The notes beneath the pieces are model-generated. The model saw only the letters and a list, made by a program, of their open reading frames with translations, searched no databases and was not told the origin of the DNA. Shown piece after piece: positions 20,803 through 29,251 of a stretch of DNA of 64,000 bases (positions within the stretch are counted from its first letter, which is position 1; each line of letters begins with the position of its first letter). The position numbers and the translations under genes were made by a program. The stretch lies in the NCBI GenBank assembly GCA_963662465.1, contig OY759599.1:2016001-2080000 (forward strand), written 5' to 3'. The DNA is from Desulfatiglandales bacterium. Its GTDB lineage: Bacteria; Desulfobacterota; DSM-4660; Desulfatiglandales; Desulfatiglandaceae.

Positions 20803-21942
20803 TCATGATATATCACCTGATGGATAAGATCCCAACCATTTTATAAACACGCACAGATCTTTCATCTCAGCCAGGGCATCGGCCAGGGTAGGATCATTGC
20901 GGTGTCCTTCAAGATCCACAAAAAACAGGTATTCCCAGGAGCGCATACGCATGGGTCTGGATTCGATGCGGCAAACGTTAATGTCTCTTTTTGCCATGGC
21001 TGACAGCACCTCGGCCAAAGCGCCCGGACGATGGCCCAGAAAAAATAACAGGGTGGTTTTGTCGCATCCGGTGGGTTGGGGCTCACTGTTTCCCAACACC
21101 AGGAAACGGGTCACATTATGGGGCTCGTCTTCGATATCTTCACTGAGAAGCTGGAGCCCCAGGGTTTCCGCCAGAAAACGGCTGCCCAGAGCAGCGCCAT
21201 TCGGATCATCGGATGCCATTTTGCCCGCAAGGGACGTGCTTTCCACCGACTCAAAGGGAACCTCCGGCAGATGGCTTTTGAGCCATGAACGGCACTGGGC
21301 CAACGGCATGGGATGGGAATAAAGTCTTCTGATGTGTTTCAGGTCTTTATTCCGGGCCATCAAACTGAGCCTGATCCGGTGGTAATACTCTCCACATATT
21401 TTCAGATCAAATTTGTTAAACAGATCCCAGATCCCGGAAACTGAGCCTTCCAGAGAATTTTCCACCGGAATCACACCCTGATGACAGTGCCCCTTTTCCA
21501 CGGACCCGAAAACATCTTCAAAGGTCCGGGACGGACAGAATTCAGCGGAACTGCCGAAAATGGAAATGGCGGCCTGGTGCGAAAAAGTTGCCTCGGGACC
21601 CAGGAAACCGACCTTCAACGGCCCTTGAACCGCCCGACCGGCGGAAATGATCCGGCCAAAAATATCCCGGATCGCATCCGGCGTAAGACGTCCGCGGTTA
21701 TTTGCAGCCATCCGGTCAAGGATCTCTTTTTCGCGCACGGGATCAAAAACCGCCATCCCCAGTTTTTCCTTGATCCGTCCGATGGCGGCGGCCGCGTCAA
21801 GCCGCTCCCCCAAAAGCGACAGTATTCCGGCGTCAATCGAGTCGATATCCCGACGCCGACAGCCCAGCTCCCGCCAATCGGCATTTTCATCCTTTTCGGA
21901 CGGCATTCCTGTTGTTTCTTCTGTTTTCATGTCCATATCCAC
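20803..21942 (-). CDS. pheA: Chorismate mutase / prephenate dehydratase (P-protein)
   Basis: N-terminal chorismate mutase (RRDIDSID...RE), LGPEATFS, PVENSLEG, NVTRF and ACT-domain IESRP motifs. Confidence 0.95.
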   Translation of the reverse strand: MDMDMKTEETTGMPSEKDENADWRELGCRRRDIDSIDAGILSLLGERLDAAAAIGRIKEKLGMAVFDPVREKEILDRMAANNRGRLTPDAIRDIFGRIISAGRAVQGPLKVGFLGPEATFSHQAAISIFGSSAEFCPSRTFEDVFGSVEKGHCHQGVIPVENSLEGSVSGIWDLFNKFDLKICGEYYHRIRLSLMARNKDLKHIRRLYSHPMPLAQCRSWLKSHLPEVPFESVESTSLAGKMASDDPNGAALGSRFLAETLGLQLLSEDIEDEPHNVTRFLVLGNSEPQPTGCDKTTLLFFLGHRPGALAEVLSAMAKRDINVCRIESRPMRMRSWEYLFFVDLEGHRNDPTLADALAEMKDLCVFIKWLGSYPSGDIS

Positions 21943-21980
21943 CCTTTAATTCACGCAAACCCTTGACGCCCCACTTCCTC

Positions 21981-23048
21981 TCAAATCCCCAGATCCTGCC
22001 CACCGGCTCTGGCCCGCAAATAATGATCCGCCAGAACCAGCGCCACCATAGCTTCAACCACCGGCACAATGCGGGCAACCGCCGTCACGTCAAATCTGCC
22101 GGTCAATTCCAGGGTCGCGTCCCGACCCTGCCGATCAATGGTTTCCTGGGGCTTCATGATGGAAGGAATGGGTTTCACCGCTACCCGAAGCACCAGTTCA
22201 TCGCCGTTGGAGATACCCCCAAGGATGCCGCCGGACCTGTTGGAAGCAAAACCCGTGGAACGGATGGGGTCATTGTTTTCAGAACCCTTGAGACGGGCCG
22301 CCTCAAACCCCGCGCCCACCTCAACCCCTTTTACGGCGCCAATAGACATGAGAGCTTTAGCCAGCTCCGCATCCAGCTTGTCGAACACGGGTTCCCCCAA
22401 TCCGGCGGGACAACCGGATACGCAGACTTCCACCACACCACCGAGACTGTCTCCGTCTTCCCTGGCCCTTTCGAGTGCCGCCAACATGGGTTCCACCGCA
22501 TCCGGGTCGGCACAATAGAGAGGATTCCGGGAAATAACGCCCGGGTCCATCCGTTCAGCTCGAATCCCCCCCAACGCCAGGGTATAGGCAAGAATGCGCA
22601 TATGGAAGGGCGCCAACACTTTCCGTGCCACCACCCCGCAGGCCACCCGAGCGGCGGTTTCCCGGGCGGAAGCCCGACCCCCTCCCCGGTAATCCAGATG
22701 ACCAAATTTCTTGAAGTAGGTGTAATCCGCATGCCCCGGCCTGAACAGGTCCTTCAGTACCCCGTAAGGTTTGCTTTTGACGTCATGGTTTCCCACCAGC
22801 AGGGTTAACGAGGTTCCGGTAGTGCGCCCTTCAAAAACGCCGGACATGATTTCCACCCGGTCTTCTTCCGCCCTGGGCGTCTCAAAAGAAGACCGCCCCG
22901 GCCTGCGCCGTTCCATCTCCCCTATGAAGTCAGCGTCCGTAAGGCGAATCCCTGAAGGACACCCGTCGATAATGGCCCCCAGGGCTTTTCCGTGGGATTC
23001 GCCAAATGTGGTGATTTTAAATGCCTGTCCAAATGAATTTCCGGCCAT
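21981..23048 (-). CDS. aroC: Chorismate synthase
   Basis: TTFGESHG, RPGHAD, GGGRASARET and GGILGGISNG motifs. Confidence 0.97.
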   Translation of the reverse strand: MAGNSFGQAFKITTFGESHGKALGAIIDGCPSGIRLTDADFIGEMERRRPGRSSFETPRAEEDRVEIMSGVFEGRTTGTSLTLLVGNHDVKSKPYGVLKDLFRPGHADYTYFKKFGHLDYRGGGRASARETAARVACGVVARKVLAPFHMRILAYTLALGGIRAERMDPGVISRNPLYCADPDAVEPMLAALERAREDGDSLGGVVEVCVSGCPAGLGEPVFDKLDAELAKALMSIGAVKGVEVGAGFEAARLKGSENNDPIRSTGFASNRSGGILGGISNGDELVLRVAVKPIPSIMKPQETIDRQGRDATLELTGRFDVTAVARIVPVVEAMVALVLADHYLRARAGGQDLGI

Positions 23049-23062
23049 GAGATCCTCTCCGG

Positions 23063-23644
23063 TTATGAGTTTAATGCCGCCGTGCTGACAGTCCCCTGTG
23101 GTTGTCCGCTATCCCGTATGGGCATAACCGGCTCAGGCATGGATTGTATGATTTCGTATGCCACCGCCTCGGGGGATTGCTCATCCGTATTCACAACATA
23201 ATGGCAGGCCCGTTCATAAAGGGGGGCTCTCTCACTCAGGAGCTGTCCGATCTCAGCCATCGGGTTTTCCCCGACCAATCCCGGTCGAATTCTGCCCGAG
23301 TTCTCATCTTGGGTCATCCGATCCCGAATGGTCGATATGCTCGTCCGCAACCAAACGAGCCAGCCCGTTTTTTTTAAATTCCGCACATTTTCCCAATCCA
23401 GCACCGCACCGCCACCGGTGGAAATAACCCGTTGATCATCATTTGAAATGGATCGAATGATAATTTTCTCCAGCATTCGAAAGGCATCCCAGCCGTTTTC
23501 GGCCACATAATGGGGAATGGTGGACCCAACTCGCCTCTCCAAAAGCTGATCCGTATCCACCAGTTCCAACCCCAGATGATTCGCCAGGGTTTTCCCCACC
23601 ACACTTTTTCCGCTGCACCGATACCCGATTAAAACAATATTCAT
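23063..23644 (-). CDS. aroK: Shikimate kinase
   Basis: P-loop GYRCSGKS, DTD, STGGG and RAPLY motifs. Confidence 0.93.
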   Translation of the reverse strand: MNIVLIGYRCSGKSVVGKTLANHLGLELVDTDQLLERRVGSTIPHYVAENGWDAFRMLEKIIIRSISNDDQRVISTGGGAVLDWENVRNLKKTGWLVWLRTSISTIRDRMTQDENSGRIRPGLVGENPMAEIGQLLSERAPLYERACHYVVNTDEQSPEAVAYEIIQSMPEPVMPIRDSGQPQGTVSTAALNS

Positions 23645-23666
23645 GTCAACACCCGAAACATTTCAC

Positions 23667-23707
23667 AAAAAAAAGCCGCGGAAGCTTTTGAAGGCATCCA
23701 CGGCTTT
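23667..23707 (-). terminator. Intrinsic terminator (attenuator) in the aro leader
   Basis: mRNA AAAGCCGUGGA-loop-UCCGCGGC followed by 8 U, ~22 nt upstream of aroK. Confidence 0.85.
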
Positions 23708-23730
23708 GAAAAATGACAAAAAACAGCATC

Positions 23731-23796
23731 TCAGACCATGGATGGACCTCCAAAATAATAATAATAAAAGCCCTGCCACGATCGATTCGTAAACAT
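23731..23796 (-). CDS. Aromatic-amino-acid attenuator leader peptide MFTNRSWQGFYYYYFGGPSMV (21 aa)
   Basis: ATG TTT ACG AAT CGA TCG TGG CAG GGC TTT TAT TAT TAT TAT TTT GGA GGT CCA TCC ATG GTC TGA, directly upstream of the terminator and aroK; below the ORF-track size cut-off. Confidence 0.85.
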   Translation of the reverse strand: MFTNRSWQGFYYYYFGGPSMV

Positions 23797-23838
23797 TATT
23801 TCGCTGTTTCCTTTTGTCCAAGTTAAAGAATGAGAAGC

Positions 23839-24470
23839 AGTCAATGACCACCACCAAAGGTGGTGGCTTGAATTAATGCACCTGGAAGGTGCATGGTACC
23901 TATTCTATTTGAACAATTTACCTTGCGTCACATCGGCATCTTTATCTTTACTATGCTGCCATTTTACATACTTTTTGATCCGCTCTTCATTTAAGCCTAC
24001 CGTACTCACACAATAGCCTCTCGACCACACATGTTGTCCCCAGTATTTTTTTCGTAGTTGAGGAAAACGGTCAAATAGTTGTAGAGCCAGTTTCCCCTTC
24101 AAGAACCCCATGAACTGCGATATGGCGTATTTCGGAGGGATTGATACGACCAGGCGAACATGGTCAATTTGCACATTACCTTCCACCACTTCTACGTCAT
24201 CTTTTTGATTACATAACCGATATATCTGTTGCATCACATATTTTGCCACTTCTTCCTGCAATATTTTGTAGCGATATTTCGGGCAAAACACCACATGGTA
24301 CTTACACTCATACAAAGAATGTGCTAATTTCTTGAATTGACGTTGACGAGTCATTATATGCCTCCTGTTAGTTTCGCACCTTCCAGGAAGACATATAATA
24401 CTCGTCATATTCAATACACCGGTAGAACCTTTTTTTATTCCACTACCAGAGGTAGTGGTTTACTTTTTAA
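23839..24470 (-). mobile_element. IS200/IS605-family element (tnpA only); ends approximate
   Basis: Subterminal hairpins CCACCACC-AAA-GGTGGTGG (23848-23866) and CCACTACC-AGA-GGTAGTGG (24440-24458) flank a Y1 transposase; no terminal inverted repeats or target duplication, as expected for the family. Confidence 0.85.
23905..24354 (-). CDS. tnpA: IS200-like Y1 (HUH) transposase TnpA, HUH motif mutated
   Basis: KYHVVFCPKYR, DHVRL (expected DHVHL), SIPPK, WSRGY and KKYVKWQ motifs; AGGAGG RBS before the ATG at 24354. Confidence 0.88.
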   Translation of the reverse strand: MTRQRQFKKLAHSLYECKYHVVFCPKYRYKILQEEVAKYVMQQIYRLCNQKDDVEVVEGNVQIDHVRLVVSIPPKYAISQFMGFLKGKLALQLFDRFPQLRKKYWGQHVWSRGYCVSTVGLNEERIKKYVKWQHSKDKDADVTQGKLFK

Positions 24471-24505
24471 TAAAAATCATTTGGGATCTTTTGTCAAGAA
24501 GAAAA

Positions 24506-26247
24506 GGCTCAACGCGGATTAACGTGAAAAAATGTTTCGCCTGTCATTTTTTTGAGAACTTTCTCCCCCAATAGGTATAAATAGGATGGAAAAAGCTCAT
24601 TAGGAGGATTTTCCATGAAACTGCTACCCCGTTTTACATCCTATATAAAGGATGCTGCGAAGTCCGTGAAGCGAATTACCCTGCAAGAATTCAAAGAAGT
24701 TGCGGATGAAACTCTGACCGAATTGTTGGGCATTGCAAGCATCGGGGTAAAGATGTTTGCACTTCGTCGCGAAGGAGAACACGAAGTTCTGCACTTTGGT
24801 GTACCCATCGCGAGGAGGTTGCCTTGTGTCCACATTGCGGCTCACTTTCAACGAAAATTCATCAAGAAGAAACTCGATCTATTCGTCATTTGGATGTGTG
24901 GGGCAAAAAGACTGTCCTACATTTTCTTTCTCGCCGTTTCAAATGCGAAGATTGTGGTCGGACTTTTGTAGAAGAATTGCCCTTCGTAGATTCCCACCGC
25001 AGGCAATCCATAACCTTCGAACAGCATATTTATCAGGCCTGTCTTACAAGCACCCGCAAGGCTGTTGCAGTTCATGAAGGGCTAAGCCACTCTACAGTAA
25101 AAGATATCTTCAACTTTTGGGCGGCAATGAAACGGATATCTACGGCCACCTATCCTGTCAGGGGCTTAGGAATTGATGAGCTTTCCATCAAAAAGCGTCA
25201 CAAGCAATTCGTACTCGTGATCTCTGATATTGATAGGAAATGCATACTCGCTATCCTGCCTGACAGGGAGAAAAAAACCCTGGAAAATTGGATAGAAGCC
25301 TTGAGTCCTATGGAGAAAAAATCTATCCGTTTTGTTTCCATTGACATGTGGGCGCCCTATGATCAAGCAGCCCGCAGCAAGCTGCCCCATGCGAAGGTGG
25401 TAGTTGACCGATTCCATGTCATGAAACAATTGAATACGCGCCTGACCCAGCTGCGCACAAAATATCAGAAAGAAAGCTCTGATGAAATGAAAAAACTACT
25501 CAAAGGCAGCCGCTGGATACTTGTACGCAATCGGGCTGAACTGTCACCAAAGGAGACGGAACATCTGGATAACATACTGAAAACATGCCCTGATCTTCGC
25601 GCCTTGTACCTGCTTAAAGAAGAATTCCGCACCATATTCGAGAAAATCCATTGCAGAGAAAAAGCAGCCCGTTTTTTGGACGCATGGGTTCTAAAAGCAA
25701 AACGAACAGGCAACAAATACCTGCTCAAATTTGTTGCTACATTCAAAAACTGGAGAAAGGAGATCCTCAATTATTTTACCGAACGAATCACAAATGGTTT
25801 TGTCGAGGGGCTCAATAATGGACTGAGGACGATGATACGCTCGGCTTACGGTTACAGGAATTTTGCAAACTTCAGGCTTCGGGCGCTCGCACAATTCGCG
25901 GGTTTTCGCGTTACTCCGCGATAAGTCAAAAAAGTCAACAGTTTAAAAGAGCTCATAATAACAAGCGCCTAAGTAAATCAAGTCAACAAGGTAAGCGCCT
26001 GAACCTTGATGATGCCGGCAGCATGAATAAAAAATCAAGTCATCAAGTCAATCAAGGTTCATACAAATGAGAAACTGTCCTGCCTTGCGTCGGTAGCCAT
26101 CTTGTATTAGCTCTTCATTGCCTTATCCCAGTGGACGCAGAGCGTCCAAAGCGCATTCTCACGCAGAGTGTAGGAATACGCGGAGCTTTTGACATCTGAC
26201 ATCTTTGGTTCGAAATATCGATTTTTCACGTTAATCCGCGATGAGCC
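24506..26247 (+). mobile_element. ISL3-family insertion sequence
   Basis: 26-bp terminal inverted repeats GGCTCAACGCGGATTAACGTGAAAAA (24506-24531) and TTTTTCACGTTAATCCGCGATGAGCC (26222-26247), one mismatch; exact 8-bp duplication GAAGAAAA (24498-24505 and 26248-26255). Confidence 0.93.
24615..25924 (+). pseudogene. ISL3 transposase with a frameshift near 24795
   Basis: N-terminus (LTELLGI...EVLH) is in one frame; WCTHREEVALCPHCG zinc finger, GIDE, SIDMW, DRFHV, TNGFVEGLNN and AYGYRNF are in another. Confidence 0.8.
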
Positions 26248-26281
26248 GAAGAAAATTGAATTCTCTCATGAAAAGGAATGA

Positions 26282-27694
26282 TCAGGGAACCCACATTCTG
26301 AAAACCAGATCCGGCAGGATGCCGAACAGGATGATCAAACCCGCCAGAAAAAGCCCCCCGGACAGGCTGAAAACCGGGCTATAGCCTTTTGTTTTATCAA
26401 TGACTTCGATTATCTCCGGACTTTCCTTCGCATAGGCATGCCACACCAGATTCAAATAGTAAAAGAGACCGATGGCCACATTGGCGGCGGCAATCACCAC
26501 CAGGTAGTTGCAGCCCCGGTTCCAGGCGGCGGAGAGCAGAAAAAACTTGCCCATGAACCCGGCCGTGGGGGGAAGGCCCACCAGGGCCATGGCGGCAACG
26601 GCCAGAACCAGGGCAAGACCGGGCGCCCGTTTGGAGAGACCGTTTAAGTCTTCCAGTTTCAAATTTCTACCGTCAACAGACTCGCGACAGACCACCCAGA
26701 AACAGGCAAAATTCATGAGGACGTAGGCGAAAGCGTAGTAAGCCGCGGCCGTCACCCCCATGGGCGTTCCCGCCACCACCCCTACCATAAGATAGCCCGC
26801 ATGGGCAACGGCCGAATACCCCAAAATTCGTTTGATATCTTTCTGCACCAGGGCCGCAAGGTTGCCGTAGGTCATGGAAACGGCGGCCAGCACCGCCAGG
26901 ATGGTGGTGATCTCAAGCCCCGGTTTCAGCAGAGGGGTAAAACGGAGCAGCACCACCACTGCGCCCACCTTGGGAAGCGTTGCAATGTAGGCGGCGGTTT
27001 CATTGCCGGCCCCTTCATAGACGTCAGGCGCCCAGAAGTGAAACGGGAAAAAAGCCAGTTTAAACAGCAACCCCGAAAGAAACAGGGTCAACCCCATCAC
27101 CGCCATGGGACTGTCAGACCAAGCCCAGGACATCTCCGTGAGTTGATTGAGATAGGTGGTATGCCGGGCCGCAAGGATATATGAAAACCCGAACAGACCG
27201 ATGACGGTGGCCACCCCGCCAAAAAAAACATACTTAATGGCGGCTTCAGCGGCGTTTCGGCTTTTTGCTCGAAGCGATACCAGGGGAAAAAGGCTGAAAG
27301 AGGCCAGCTCCAGGGACAGGGTGATGCTGATCAGTTCTACTGAGGAGCAAAGGAGCATCAACCCCCAGGCGGATAGCGCCAGGAGCAGAAAGTAATCGCA
27401 CCGTTTGTCTTTTTCCAGCATGGGCTGGCCGGCGCCGTTTATGACGGTCAGGAAAAAACCCAAAGCGACGGTCATTTTGAAAAATTGACTCAGCCGGTCC
27501 ACTTGGTAGCATTGGCCGAACAGCAACCCGTTTTGCCCCAATGACAGGAGCGCCACCAGGACGCCTAATCCGGAAATCCAGGATAACCACTTTTCCACCT
27601 GTACAATCCGATCTCCGCAAATGACGCTCCGCACAAATAGGATTGCCACAATCAAAAGCTGAAAGAGTTCCGGAAAGATCAGGTGGAAGCTCAT
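26282..27694 (-). CDS. nuoN: NADH-quinone oxidoreductase subunit N
   Basis: LELAS, EAAIKY, FKLAFFPFHFWAPDVYEGA, KRILGYS and GLPPTAGFMGK motifs. Confidence 0.9.
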   Translation of the reverse strand: MSFHLIFPELFQLLIVAILFVRSVICGDRIVQVEKWLSWISGLGVLVALLSLGQNGLLFGQCYQVDRLSQFFKMTVALGFFLTVINGAGQPMLEKDKRCDYFLLLALSAWGLMLLCSSVELISITLSLELASFSLFPLVSLRAKSRNAAEAAIKYVFFGGVATVIGLFGFSYILAARHTTYLNQLTEMSWAWSDSPMAVMGLTLFLSGLLFKLAFFPFHFWAPDVYEGAGNETAAYIATLPKVGAVVVLLRFTPLLKPGLEITTILAVLAAVSMTYGNLAALVQKDIKRILGYSAVAHAGYLMVGVVAGTPMGVTAAAYYAFAYVLMNFACFWVVCRESVDGRNLKLEDLNGLSKRAPGLALVLAVAAMALVGLPPTAGFMGKFFLLSAAWNRGCNYLVVIAAANVAIGLFYYLNLVWHAYAKESPEIIEVIDKTKGYSPVFSLSGGLFLAGLIILFGILPDLVFRMWVP

Positions 27695-29244
27695 GGCTGG
27701 AATCCTCCCGTGGGCTTTCTGTCAAGGCCGAGCTGTTTTTTTGCAGGTGAAAAAAGGTGTTTATCCATCGAAAGAGTGACCGGCGCCCGGGAGTGAAATA
27801 CTCCCACCAGGTGATTCAGGGTGGGGTTCATGACTTTCAGGCAAAGGGTGGGCATAAGCCCCAGGTAGAGTACCAAAAATGCCAGGGGGAGGAGACATGC
27901 CCATTCCCGGACATTCATATCCCGCCATGCTCCAGCCTTTGACGGCTCTCCCCATGCCATTTGCTGGGTGGGACGAAGCATGTAGGCCGCCGCCAACAGG
28001 GCGCCCGGAACCGCGGCGGCCCCCAGCCACAGGTTCCTTTCAAAGGCCCCTGCCAGGATCAAAAATTCTCCCACAAAATTATTGGTGCCGGGAAAAGCAA
28101 AGCCCGCAAAGGCAAACAGGCCCCAGAACCCCATAAAAGCGGGCACGAATTTTCCCAACCCCAGGTTTTGGGATAAATCATTACTTCGGCTGCGCTCATA
28201 AAGGATCCCCGCCATGGCAAACAGGGCGCCCGTGGTAATGCCATGATTGACCATCTGGATCAATGCCCCCTGGGCCCCATTGAGATTAAAGAGAAAAATT
28301 CCTAACGTCACAAACCCCATATGCCCCAGTGAAGAATAGGCAATGATTTTTTTGAGGTTTGATTGGGCGAAGGCCAGAAGACCTCCGTAAAGGATGGAGC
28401 AAACCGACATGCCGATGATCAAAGGCGCAAAGAAGTGGGCCGCATCGGGGGTCAGCGGCAGGGCCAGGCGCAGAAATCCGTAAGCCCCCATTTTGGACAA
28501 AACGGTGGAGAGAAGAATGCTGCCGGCTGTGGGGGCCTGCACGTATGCCGCCGGCAACCAGGTGTGAAAGGGAAACAGGGGCACTTTCACCGCAAAGGCC
28601 AGGGCCAGGATCAGGAAGGTCCATCGCTGAAAATTAATGGAAAAGGGATGCGCCATAAGCGCGGGAATGGAAAAACTGTTCCCCTCCATGCGAAAAGCGA
28701 TGACCGCCACCAGGAGAAGGGCGCTCCCGGCCAGGGTGTACAAGATAAACTTCAGGGCAGCACGGTCTTTTTGAGGGCCTCCCCAGAGGGCAATGATCAA
28801 ATAGGTGGGGATCAGAATAGCCTCCCAGAACAGGTAGAAGAGAACCAGATCCAATGCTGAAAAAACCCCGATCAAAACCGATATGAGTACAAAAAGACAG
28901 ACGTGAAATTCTTTGACCCGGGTCGTGATGGAAGCCCGGGAACAGACAACGCAAAGGGGGAAGATTATCAGCGTCAATGCCACCATGAACACACTGATGC
29001 CGTCCAACCCCAGGCAATACCACAGCCCCCAGCTGGAAACCCATGGAACGGATTCCACAAACTGAAAGTCCGCCGTTCCCATCCGGAATTGAAGCAAAGG
29101 CAACGCCAGCAGGATTTCCCCAAGAGACACTCCGAGGGCCCAGCACCGGATGGGCTTAGGATTCTTAAAAAAAAGCAATCCCAGACAGCCCAGGAGCGGC
29201 AGCACAATCAAGCAGGTGAGAACGGGAAACTGAGCTTCAATCAT
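27691..29244 (-). CDS. nuoM: NADH-quinone oxidoreductase subunit M
   Basis: LGLDGIS, FYLFWE, AVKVPLFPFHTWLP, QMVNHG and NFVGE motifs. Confidence 0.9.
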   Translation of the reverse strand: MIEAQFPVLTCLIVLPLLGCLGLLFFKNPKPIRCWALGVSLGEILLALPLLQFRMGTADFQFVESVPWVSSWGLWYCLGLDGISVFMVALTLIIFPLCVVCSRASITTRVKEFHVCLFVLISVLIGVFSALDLVLFYLFWEAILIPTYLIIALWGGPQKDRAALKFILYTLAGSALLLVAVIAFRMEGNSFSIPALMAHPFSINFQRWTFLILALAFAVKVPLFPFHTWLPAAYVQAPTAGSILLSTVLSKMGAYGFLRLALPLTPDAAHFFAPLIIGMSVCSILYGGLLAFAQSNLKKIIAYSSLGHMGFVTLGIFLFNLNGAQGALIQMVNHGITTGALFAMAGILYERSRSNDLSQNLGLGKFVPAFMGFWGLFAFAGFAFPGTNNFVGEFLILAGAFERNLWLGAAAVPGALLAAAYMLRPTQQMAWGEPSKAGAWRDMNVREWACLLPLAFLVLYLGLMPTLCLKVMNPTLNHLVGVFHSRAPVTLSMDKHLFSPAKKQLGLDRKPTGGFQP

Positions 29245-29251
29245 AAATTTT

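Noticed and set aside
23663..23857. 64-aa ORF across the aro leader
   Set aside because: It starts inside the IS200 hairpin and runs through the terminator; the aromatic-rich 21-aa ORF in another frame explains the region better.
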